A stretch of 63,650 nt of DNA, the filler included, from Vannella sp. (Eukaryota): the NCBI GenBank assembly GCA_023345925.1. It is 7 parts of 7 records of this genome, joined end to end, with 100 filler letters (N's around TTAATTAATTAA, not from the genome) between each part and the next. Parts side by side here need not be neighbours in the genome. Positions count along the whole stretch, not along the records: positions 1 to 16,558 come from JAJQQN010001315.1; positions 16,659 to 26,069 come from JAJQQN010001242.1; 5 more parts are not named here. The stretch is one strand, 5' to 3'. A program made the position numbers and the translations under genes. Positions 10,355-20,300 of the stretch are shown piece by piece. The stretch's first letter is position 1. The number at the start of each line of letters is the position of its first letter. The notes beneath the pieces were generated by a model, which was not told the DNA's origin, searched no databases, and was given only the letters and a program-made list of their open reading frames with translations.

Positions 10355-13120
10355 TTAGAGCCAGTCCAATTTCATTTTTTTCCCGATTTCTTCCTTTGTG
10401 GTGTCCTCGTAGAGACCGAGCTGGTGTTTGGTTTCCAAAAGTAGAACTGGCTGAGTCTTTGCTCTTGTTCGATTTGCGGTGTTGACTTGTTGGACCAGGT
10501 TTAGATGGAATGTTTTGTTTGAAGACCATACAACCCGCATCCAGTTCTCCTGGGCCTCTTTTGCTTTTTCCGTTTCCATCAATTGGGTGAATTTGAGTCG
10601 ATTGGATCCCTCCTTATCCCCTTTCTGGGTAAATTGGTAGCATGGAGTCACGCTCTCGATGCTAGTTCTAACACTCATATCTCCGGACTTGCTCTGAATG
10701 GCCACAACACCTAAATTACCACTAGATGTTGTGCAGTACAGAATAAGATCGGAGCCAGCGAATTTGTCGACGTCTATGAAAACGCAATTCTCGAACTCAA
10801 ATTCACATGCCTCAAACGCTGAGCAGAAGGGGAAAAGTGATCCTTTCCCGGTGCAAGAGACAATTCGGGAACACCTAGTCGTCGCATCAATGAAACTACG
10901 AGGCCATTGGAGCCCTTCGGGGAATAAAGGTCTCAAAATATCTTGAAGAGGCCGAGGGGTGTTGGGGTTTGCGAGCTTGACCAAGAACCATGCCAATCGT
11001 AGCTCCAGCGTAGCGCCTTTACCACTGAGCTGCACACTCTTTGAGATGTGGTGATCATTTGAACTCAGCACATCTGCCACATGATCTTTCTTTTCTCTTA
11101 GTTGACGGTTGCCGTATTTCCGCAGAGCCTCGTAGGCCAGTGGTTCGTCATGCAGGTCAATATTGAGGAAGTCTGGCTTAGTACTTGGCTCACTTGGCTG
11201 ACTAGTAGCCAAGCACTGGGAGAAAAGAAATCCACACGTTATCAGATTATTGCATTGGTCTGATTTGGGATCCACGGTTATTTTTCCTTCACAGAGATGG
11301 ATTGCTGCGTGGAGAGTCTTCAAAGCAGCACTGCACCCCCACCGGGTAGTGCAATCCCATTCTGAGTTGACAATAGCCGTCAGAGAATCGATTGCTTCTT
11401 CAGTGTTGAGAGCCTGGGACCCTTTTGGTAGCAGTAGTTGAAAGAGGTCTTCCTCCTTCGAGGGCTTGGCTTGAATGACCGATTGGATGATGGCCTTGAA
11501 GGCGAAGCCGAAGAAAAGCTTCGGGCGACCCTGAAATGGCTCAAGAAATGGTAGCAAATCTTTTTTGTAATGATCAGTCGTGAAGAAGAAGGAACGAAGT
11601 TGGCCCCACATGTCCTCCTTTGTGACGTAATGAAGATGGTGCCACACCTTCATCATGTTATTGATTGGTGACTTTTCCGCTACTTTCAGAGCTTCTAGGA
11701 GAGAGAACTGCGTGTCTGTCATGGTGACCAAGACAGACATGTTACGGAGCTCCATCATTATGAGCCGAAACGCGTAGAATAAGCCTGCAGATTGACCAGA
11801 ACGGTGAGAAGCCTTTTGATTCAACTCATTAGCAACCGATGATCGGATTTCAGTTTGGGTGTCCCCCTCCGTCGAAAATTGTTCGAGGTGAAGGAATAGG
11901 CCAGGAACATAAGAGCTTGTGTCCATGATTTCGTCAAAGTTGACGACAAAGCCACCAAATCGCTCCACGCTGATCTCGACCATGGTTTTGAACAGCATTT
12001 CCGTCCATTGGTGTGTATTTTCTTCCTTGACTGCAGCACGGCTACTGATCAGGCAGCGGAATATAGATGCTACGGCAGAAGCACCTAGTCCATTGCGGAG
12101 CGCCTGGAGGAAGCACACATGTTGGCGTGTTCGTTGAGCTCCCGTGGCGCCAGTTTGGAATTTCATAAGATCTCCTACTACCCAAAGCCAACCAAAGTAT
12201 GCAGACACGAATAGCCTTACAAAGTCCAATCCTCTCTGGGCAACACCTTTCGGGTTGCCCTCCGCGCTTGCAATGGCGGCCTTCATATTCGGGAGCAACT
12301 CCTCGACGCAACCCAATAGCAGTTCATACGGTAAGGTTCGTCCCTTCTCAACAAAGCGGATGAAGAGCACATTCCATTGGTTTTCCTCGTCCATGCCAAG
12401 TGAAAAGTGAAGCTTTGTCTTGCCTCCCCCGCTGACCTCAGCGATGGCAAAGATCTTGTTCTGTTGAGTTTGGCTACTGGTCGCTTCGGCATCAAGACCT
12501 TGGCGGAGCAAACGAGCTGCTTCACCGACCGGCGGAATGAAGTACTCGTCCCAGCAAAGGTGGGAGGCAGATTGTGCAGTTCGAGGGATGCTCGAACTGG
12601 GTAGTGGCCTGCGAAGGAGAGGTCCTGTGAATGATCTCTGGAAAGAGATATCGCTTTCTTCCTCTGACCGCTCAAAGCACTCTCGGAATGTTTTGGCAAT
12701 CCCTTGGACCTCTGGCGACTGTAGGAGGGCGAGTAGCTTCGGTTTTGAGAGTTCTTCTGTTGGTGGCGGTTGTGATCCGGTTACTTCTCCTGTCGAGGGG
12801 GCATCACCTCTTTCTTGAGGTGGAAGCTTGGCTCCGGTTGGAACGGGTCCTCTTGATGATGCAGCTTCTCCAATTAGTGGGAAGCGCGAAAGCAATTCGC
12901 TAAGTTGATCGTCATCGAATGAATCTGGGTTGCGCCCGAGTGCACGGAGGCCCTCGCGCAACTGCTCCATCCTTGCGCAAAGTGACCCTGAACGAGGAGG
13001 AAGTTCGCCCGTCGGAGCAACTCGCCCACAAACAACGATCCTTGCAATTTCCTGTCTCTTTGCCGTTCTGGCATTATTTTCCGTCGCGCATTTGAATAAA
13101 TTTAACGCTGACAACATCAA
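10355..13120 (-). CDS. Crinkler/CR-type NTPase + PD-(D/E)xK restriction-endonuclease-fold protein (true start may be MEQLRE, ~12970)
   Basis: EVSGGGKT (Walker A), VVNFDE (Walker B), FQGRP, DEPL, then KGATLE...AGSDLI...VAIQSK (REase E..D..QxK pattern). Confidence 0.7.
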   Translation of the reverse strand: MMLSALNLFKCATENNARTAKRQEIARIVVCGRVAPTGELPPRSGSLCARMEQLREGLRALGRNPDSFDDDQLSELLSRFPLIGEAASSRGPVPTGAKLPPQERGDAPSTGEVTGSQPPPTEELSKPKLLALLQSPEVQGIAKTFRECFERSEEESDISFQRSFTGPLLRRPLPSSSIPRTAQSASHLCWDEYFIPPVGEAARLLRQGLDAEATSSQTQQNKIFAIAEVSGGGKTKLHFSLGMDEENQWNVLFIRFVEKGRTLPYELLLGCVEELLPNMKAAIASAEGNPKGVAQRGLDFVRLFVSAYFGWLWVVGDLMKFQTGATGAQRTRQHVCFLQALRNGLGASAVASIFRCLISSRAAVKEENTHQWTEMLFKTMVEISVERFGGFVVNFDEIMDTSSYVPGLFLHLEQFSTEGDTQTEIRSSVANELNQKASHRSGQSAGLFYAFRLIMMELRNMSVLVTMTDTQFSLLEALKVAEKSPINNMMKVWHHLHYVTKEDMWGQLRSFFFTTDHYKKDLLPFLEPFQGRPKLFFGFAFKAIIQSVIQAKPSKEEDLFQLLLPKGSQALNTEEAIDSLTAIVNSEWDCTTRWGCSAALKTLHAAIHLCEGKITVDPKSDQCNNLITCGFLFSQCLATSQPSEPSTKPDFLNIDLHDEPLAYEALRKYGNRQLREKKDHVADVLSSNDHHISKSVQLSGKGATLELRLAWFLVKLANPNTPRPLQDILRPLFPEGLQWPRSFIDATTRCSRIVSCTGKGSLFPFCSAFEACEFEFENCVFIDVDKFAGSDLILYCTTSSGNLGVVAIQSKSGDMSVRTSIESVTPCYQFTQKGDKEGSNRLKFTQLMETEKAKEAQENWMRVVWSSNKTFHLNLVQQVNTANRTRAKTQPVLLLETKHQLGLYEDTTKEEIGKKMKLDWL

Positions 13121-13585
13121 ATCGGCGTGGACGCCATTTGAGGAACAAGAGGCAACTACTCAGCACTCTATTCAGGGCCGGAAATAGCGTAAATGCTCGC
13201 CGATGATCATCAGTTGCTGATTAGAAGAGCTAGAGTACCTTTTGCTGTCAAATCGGCGAAAAATGGCCCTACATCCTTGAGCGCACAGATTAAATGTATC
13301 CCTCCCGCCCACGACTGACCAAATAAACCTCCCTACTGTCTAATTTTACCCAGAAGAATTGCCCTCTCGAATGCGCTCTGTCTAAACCTTGGATTGGCCT
13401 AGATGTCAATCGACCGGATCGGATTGAGGTACGTACCGTAGATTGATCTAGAGCGACTTGGAATTAGTTGTAAGAGTATTGGAACTGCAAGTCAGTCGTC
13501 CCATGAAAAGAGAATGACGTACCCATGTAGCCGGTTTCCCTAAACAAACTTAGTAAGTCGTACCGGAAGAGCGAGAGATACGTAC

Positions 13586-13966
13586 CCCAGCACCTCTTTC
13601 GAGGTGCTGAACAAGTCACTTTGAATCAACAAAGTGACCTGCTGCATGAACACATGAATTCAGGCCTGACCAGCACAAGGTAATAAAAAGATCTTGAGAT
13701 CGATTCGTTCCCTGATGGTCTCCTGAACTCATGATTCATGCATTTGTTATCCAGATGAACCTCTGCTCACTCTAATGAGATGAGATCGATATTCATTCCT
13801 GGGGCCATGCCAGGAACTGGATAACAAATGAGATGGCCGTCACAAGGATCAAGATCTTAAGATCTCGTCCTTGCGGCAGCTTGTCCAGCTGCATCGGCCT
13901 AAAGGCCGCGGTCTCCCTCAAGGAGACCGTCATCTCGACCAAGCATAGCTGCCGCACCTTAGTGCA
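13586..13966 (-). ncRNA. Putative large structured non-coding RNA (or structured ssDNA), family unknown; may extend 13530-14161
   Basis: No ORF. About ten abutting helices read by eye, including a perfect 14-bp stem (13741-13754/13817-13830), a ~20-bp stem (13644-13664/13722-13741) and a 9-bp stem with a GAAA loop (13588-13609). Most mismatches become G-U pairs only on the minus strand. Confidence 0.65.
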
Positions 13967-14648
13967 ACCTGATCGGATGTAAGTTCAGAATTACCAGTTT
14001 GAAAGTTTACCTTGGATGCTCAACGTCAATGTACCGTACCAATAAATAGAAATCGATAAGAATGGAACTGAATCAAACGACTTGCTGAGACAGTTTTGAA
14101 TGGTTCGGGTAAAGAATACATCCGCCACCAAGAAACACACCAGTGGTCTTTAGCGGACACATCATAATCCTCAGGGAGATCCTTTTTCAGTCAATAAGAG
14201 AGCCATAAGCCATTGAGAATGCTGTAAGGGCTGCACATTGTTGAGAATAACGTGCATCAGGACATCGTCCACACGTTGTTCAGGACCTGCGCAGCTTGAC
14301 GAGCAAAAATTGGTTCCGGGAAGGCTTAAGAAGAACGAGAGAGAGTTGCAGAATCATTACGGGCAATTTGGCCCTTGGATGAGTGTGGTTTTTGTTTTGG
14401 GTTTTGTTTGGAGCACAATCTGCAATGAAGCTGATGATGTCAGGATTGAACACCGAATTCTCCGTGCACGCGTCTGATTTTCTCAAATCCTTTAACTCCC
14501 ACATGCCTCTCTTCATACAATCCGTTGACAGGTAGGGGAAGTCTGGATGCATGCAATGTGGACAAGTCAGTCAGATTGAGGCAAACAATCACGATTCAGG
14601 AATCCTTCGGTGTCTCTCTTGATAATCAACTTTCGAGGCAAAACTGGT

Positions 14649-16412
14649 CTATCTAAAGTGGAACTCTGCTCTTGTTTTCAGTCTGGTTAGGCTGGCAAAT
14701 CGGGGACGTAATGCAGTGGCAGCTCCCATCTTGACTTGATGTTTTGGCATCCATGTTTTTGTGATGCTGAACTTGTACTTGTAAACTCTTCTGCGTACAG
14801 CTCCATCCAATGAACATGCAAGGAAGGTGCCTGATGGCCGAGTTATGAAGGAAAAGTGGTAAAAGTTGCTGAAGATGAATCCTGAACGCGTTTCCTTGAG
14901 ACTGACTCGGGAATACGGGCTCAGAATCTTTACACCGGAGCGATCACCTTTTCCCTCAGCTTTGGCAGCAGACACAAATTCCAGTGCTGGAATTTCAATT
15001 GCGATGACATTCCACAGTTTCGAAATTCTGGAATGGGGAATCGTTCCAGGTAAAATGAGCCGTCCGCCATTGTTGACAATTGCATCGCAATACATCTCCA
15101 GAAAGTCAGCTGATGTGTTGATTGGTTGATTTGGTTGACGACAGTGGTTTTTGTAAATCTGGCTGATGTGTCCAAAGTGTTGGTCACAGGCAGATTTCCC
15201 ATGATATTCGGCGAAATAGTCGATTGTTATCACTAGGTCTCCACTGAGAGAGAACATTGTACCAAGAAACTCCTTCGTTCGGAAGTGGTTAGGAGCATTG
15301 TCCATCCAAAATGAGATGGAGGTCAGTTCGAAAGATTTCACTGTTGGATCATCCAATACCTCTCGCAGAATCCTGTCAACGTTACGGCTATCATGTGATA
15401 GAATCGGAGTCACAACAGTGATGTTGATACGGAATGTCTCACCGTTCAAACGAACGTAAATGACGACGCCAAATAGGGTACGTTGAGGTGCGTTGAAAAA
15501 GATTTGGGACTCTTCGACTTGACATTTGCCCAGACTGATGTTGGATTTGAAGTCAATTATGAAAATTGCCTCGTGATCCTTCAGAAGGTCGAGTTTTCCC
15601 TTGAAGTCCTGAACTCGCTGGGCATGATGAGTCTTGTGGAACTCGTAGCTCTCCATCGCCGAACGCTCCTCCGATGAAAGCGCGCTTGCGTGCCGACTCT
15701 CCAGTTTTGGCATCTCACGGCAAGATTCTGCGCAGATAGGACAACAGTCTTGCTGAGATTGCCCCCGCTTGACGTTTGCGGGCTTGTGATCGAAGAACGA
15801 AGTACGACTGCACTTGACGTCTGGATACTCGATTGTAAATCTCTTGAAGGCCTCCTTGATGGTGACTTGTCGATTAAATAGTGGCTCGTGGATAGTCTCT
15901 GGATTCCGTTTCGATTTTCTAGAAACAACGTGAGTCTCATAGGGAGAGACTTTTGAGATTGCTGGGCTCAGCCAGAATGATCTAATCAGATCAATCTTCC
16001 CCGCTGAGAAAGCTCTTGTTCCAGTGCTCTTCTTGGCAATCCTCTCCCCGAACGATTTTCGGATCTTCGAGAAACGTTCCTTCTTTACCGGAACCGTCTC
16101 CCCCTCTCGAGCGGCACTTTTTAGCTTTCGGAAGCTCAATCCTAGTGGTTGAGATAAAGTAATGACTTTGTAGTGGTCGATCATTCCATCCTTTGCGGAG
16201 GAAAGTAAGTCAAAAGCAAAGCGATTCCAAGAACTACTGGATGTCAGCTAGAAAGGTCCATTTCGGGTGACTTACTTGTTTATCCGAGTCACTGCCTCAG
16301 ATTCCTTTGGTGAGCCAACATGAAAGTCATCGATCCCCAGATGTTTCATGAGAAGAGCGATGTCTTTGCGGATTCGCAGCTTTTGCGTGTAGTTGGCATC
16401 CCTGTAAGCCAT
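14649..16412 (-). mobile_element. Sola2-like DDD DNA transposase, apparently intact, one intron (~16234-16275)
   Basis: Catalytic-triad motifs IIDFKSN, FWMDNAPNHFR and YFAEYHGKSACDQHFG, plus N-terminal TIKEAFKRF..EYPDVKCSRTSFF..KP..V...CCPIC. An upstream exon from ATG 16412 splices in frame (AA|T). Element termini not identified; the contig ends at 16558. Confidence 0.72.
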
Positions 16413-16558
16413 TCTCCTATGGCTAGCAAGAGTGAAGCCACTGTGCTCCCTTTTGAATTCGATTAGTTGCTAGCTTTCAAAAGACTGATCACGTACGGCT
16501 GCTGCTGCGGAACAGTGACATCGCGCATTAAGAGCCGATAAAAAGTGGATTTATTAAC

Positions 16559-16658
16559 NNNNNNNNNNNNNNNNNNNNNNNNNNNNNNNNNNNNNNNNNN
16601 NNTTAATTAATTAANNNNNNNNNNNNNNNNNNNNNNNNNNNNNNNNNNNNNNNNNNNN
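16559..16658. other. Artificial contig spacer (same at 26070-26169, 36822-36921, 43649-43748, 52890-52989, 58811-58910)
   Basis: 100 nt of N with a central TTAATTAATTAA (stop codons in all six frames). Confidence 0.98.
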
Positions 16659-16725
16659 TAATCATTAATTAGTGGCACGACGGCGGACTTTTTGGGTCAT
16701 TTTCAGGCCGCCTTCCTTGTTGCTC

Positions 16726-17208
16726 ATGAGCATCCACACCAAGGACGGTCAGCGTGTCGGGTTTGCAAATGGAACGAAGATCTTTGATCGAGAGGGAGCT
16801 CTGTTGGGCTACTGGAACGACGCGAAGATCTTCTCAAAAGCTGGCAACGTGGAGGGCTTTGTCAATGGTACCAAGGTCTACTCTGCTCAAGGAACCAGCA
16901 TTGGGTTTGTGAATGGTACCAAAGTGTTTGCTGCATCGGGCGAGAACGTGGGATTCATCAATGGCGACGCCAACATCGAGATCCTTGGCGCTGCGTGCCT
17001 TCTCTGGTTCACCAGTCCTCAGGACCTCACTGCAGCAGCACCCTCTGGAGAGGAGACACCAAAAGAAAGCGCAGAAGACGCTCAGCAAGCATCTATAGGC
17101 ACAGAGGAAGCTCCGGCCTCGGAAGCAGCAGCCGACGACGAAGAGGCAACCGAGAAGAAGAAGAAGAAGTCCTCCTCTTCCAAGAAGAAGAAGAAGTCCA
17201 TCGAGTAG
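16726..17208 (+). CDS. Small beta-repeat protein (GxxNGTK(I/V) repeats, beta-flower-like) with acidic and poly-Lys tail
   Basis: About five 16-aa repeats such as VGFANGTKIFDREG, EGFVNGTKVYSAQG and IGFVNGTKVFAASG. Confidence 0.6.
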   Translation: MSIHTKDGQRVGFANGTKIFDREGALLGYWNDAKIFSKAGNVEGFVNGTKVYSAQGTSIGFVNGTKVFAASGENVGFINGDANIEILGAACLLWFTSPQDLTAAAPSGEETPKESAEDAQQASIGTEEAPASEAAADDEEATEKKKKKSSSSKKKKKSIE

Positions 17209-17269
17209 CGTCCCGCACACCCATAAACCTCCCTTCTGACTCCTCCCAATCCCCTGAAGCTTCCGAAAT

Positions 17270-17278
17270 GGCGGGAAA
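17270..17278. promoter_or_regulatory. E2F-like site GGCGGGAAA upstream of the CHD gene (also 2885-2893, 29522-29530, 52878-52886)
   Basis: Matches the E2F consensus TTTSSCGC. All four copies noticed lie within ~160 nt upstream of a start codon. Confidence 0.5.
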
Positions 17279-17307
17279 CCACTTTTGATCTCGACCTTGA
17301 AGGGGAC

Positions 17308-20300
17308 ATGGCGGGGGCGATCTCTGTCACCGACAGCGAATCGGACAGTTCCTCGGCGGAGAGTAACGAGTTTGTGGTAGAGAAGCTACTAGACGAGCGG
17401 AAGTGTGCTGTACGTTGGACTACAGGGAAGGCGCGTGGACTAAAGGGACGATTGTGTAGGACGGCGGAAGCGAGTTCCTTGTTCGTTGGGAGGGCTTTGG
17501 ACCCAGTGAAGACACTTGGGAGGCTGAAAGCAATCTGTTCTGTGACGAGAAACTCGCCGCTTTCAGAGCCAGGGAGAAGAGGAAGCGGGGACGCCCTCGC
17601 AAGGCCTCTCAGAGCCCCAAGAGGCCGTCTGAGGGAACCAAAAGAACCAGAGCCAAGAATACCTACCCCATTGAGCTGGATTCCACGGAAGACGAAGGCT
17701 CGCCCCCTCCCGCAAAGACAACTAGGCGAAACCTGAGAGATCGCAAACATGACGAGGCGGTTGTGACCTTGGACAGTATAGAGGAGTCTATCAACCTAGC
17801 AGATCTCTCCAGTGAAGAGGAGGAGCTCCTGGGATGGACTTGCGCGAAGTGCAAGTTGTACGAGGAAGAGCCCATCGCCCTCACTTGCCGCTCTTGCACC
17901 GAGACGTATCATCCTGAGTGTGTGGGCGAAGAGGATCCAAGCATAGTGCCGCGGCATTACATCTGCCCTGCCTGTGTAAGCTAAAAGGGAAGGAGCAGGA
18001 AGCAGACTCTCATTCTCCCCTCCTAGATGCCTCAATGTGACATCTGCAAGGCGCAGAACAGACTGCAAATGATAGAGTGTTCTCGCTGCAGCCACTTGGC
18101 TCACCCAGCATGCTTGACAGAGCCAGGAAGCGGCAAAGGTGCCCGGTGGAAGTGTGCGGATTGTGTTCGCTTCCCTGAGCATGTGGAGCGCATCATCTGC
18201 TGCAGATCTGCTTCATCACACGCCAAGAAGCTTTCTATAAGCGCAGTTACTGCAGATAACGCAGACTCATCAGTGGAGGCAGAAAAGTCAATTGTGCCAC
18301 TTGTTTTGGGGACCCTTCCGGACTCCCCTGTCTCTAAGAGTGCAGATGATATGCACGATGAAAGCACAGAGGGCGAGGAGCTGTTTGAAGAGGACTGGTT
18401 CTATGTGAAATGGGAATCCATGTCCTACCACCATTGTGAATGGGTTCCTGGCTGCTGGCTCGCACGGGTGCAGCAACTGAAGTTTCGACACTTCTGTAAT
18501 AGCCATTCTATGTACGATGAGCCTGAGAATGTTATCTCCAAGACATGGCTGGTTCCCGAAAGAGTCGTCGCTCACCGTCCCCCCAACACTCCCCTTCCTG
18601 ATAACGCGTTAGTTCAAAGCCCACGACAAAGTAACCCCACCCAAGAGTACATTGTCAAGTGGCAGGATCTCACCTATGAGCAATGCACTTGGGAACCAGA
18701 AGAGAATGTCCCTCGGGAGCTCCGAGAACTCTACCATGTCCGAAAGAGGAACCGAAAACGCACTTTCAAGATCAAATTTGGGGAGCAAACGGAAGAGGAA
18801 TTGAGCCGCCTGCGCTTTTTAGAGAGTCCTGAGTTTCTCAGTCGCCAAGTGTATGACTATCAATTGGATGGTATTAACTGGCTCCTTTACAACTGGCTTC
18901 ATCGGAGGAGCAGCATTCTGGCGGACGAGATGGGACTTGGCAAAACCATTCAAACTATTGGCTTTTGCGGGGCTGTTTGGGAGTTAGGATCTCCCCTTCC
19001 TTGCCTCATAGTGGTCCCGCTTATGACCATTACCAATTGGTTAGTTATCTATTCTTTCAGGAACTGCGTGGAGCTGACATTTGGCAGGTTGCGCGAGTTT
19101 GAGGCTTGGATGCCTCGGTTGAATGTGGTTCCCTATTATGGCCACAAGGACAGTCGTAAGATCATTCGCTCTTACGAATGCAATGCTTCTCGGAAGAATG
19201 CGTCACCATTTGACATTCTAATTACAACGAACGAGATCGCCATCACTGATATCTCCTTTTTGAAACGCTTCCATTATGAAGTAATGGTAGTGGACGAGGC
19301 TCATCGGCTAAAAAACTGCAAATCGAAGCTTTTCGGATGCTTAGATGTCGTTCAAACTAACCACCGCGTTCTTCTCACTGGCACCCCGTTGCAAAACAAC
19401 CTTAATGAGCTTTTTGCTGTCATGAAGATTCTCCAAACAGACAAATCTGAGTTCCAGTCTCAAAAGAACTTTGACAATAGCTTTGCAGGCATCATGGCTC
19501 CTTCAAAGACAATCTCCACTTCTAAGCAGTTGGGCACTAACACAGAGACGAGTCCAGCTGGCAAAAGTCCAAACGAATCTGTCGATCCAACAGATTCTGA
19601 TGACAAGATAGATGCAGCAGATGCTGAAACAGAAACAGACGTAGAAACTGACGCTGAAGCTGACGCTGGAGCTGATGCTGATGCTGAAGAGGAGGAAGCA
19701 GAAACAGAGGCACAAGCTGAAGCAGGCATTAAGGTAGAGGGCCTAGAAGCAGAGACAGAGGTGGATGCAAAAGCAATTAATGTAAAAGACGAGCGGCCTG
19801 ATAGTGATGATTTGGTGATAAGAGGACTCTCTGGGCAATCTGATTCTATTGAGCTGTCTCGTGCTGAAAAGGTCAAACTTTTGCATTCCAAGTTGAAACC
19901 GCATTTCCTGCGGCGATTGAAAGTAGACGTTTTGACACATTTGCCTCCCAAGGTTGAGATTGCCGTACCTTGTCCTCTCAGCAAATTACAGAAGGAGTAC
20001 TACCGCGCCCTCTTGCAACGCAACTTTGGAATGGTAGCGTTGGAGAGAACTCGAGTGGCATCTCTTCGGAACGTATTTCAGAGCCTCAGACATGTTTGCA
20101 ACCATCCTTATATCTTCCCAGACGCTGAGCCTACTAACAAAGACGAAGCACCCGATAACACGATGCGCCACTTAGTGGAGGCCTCCGGAAAGTTACGTTT
20201 GATGGATGTGCTTCTACAAAAACTGAAGGAGAATGGCCATCGAGTCTTGTTGTTCACACAGACCAAGCTAATGCTTAACATCTTGGAGGATTACGTTACT

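Noticed and set aside
13538..13545. CCCTAAAC as a telomerase template (TTTAGGG) next to the structured region
   Set aside because: Only 8 nt, and on the plus strand whereas the G-U bias points to a minus-strand RNA; the organism's telomere repeat is unknown.
13890..13990. U2-like CGGCCUUU stem and U1-like ACUUAC on the minus strand
   Set aside because: No GUAGUA branch-pairing sequence, no U1 stem-loop motifs and no convincing Sm site.
14170..14640. Possible Fanzor/TnpB remnant (TCPHC and LNRD words on the minus strand)
   Set aside because: The words are in different frames and the wrong order, and no RuvC-I/II motifs are visible; only short unassignable ORFs.
16603..16614. Recurrent TTAATTAATTAA palindrome between N runs
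   Set aside because: Artificial contig-joining linker; ORFs running into it are artefacts.
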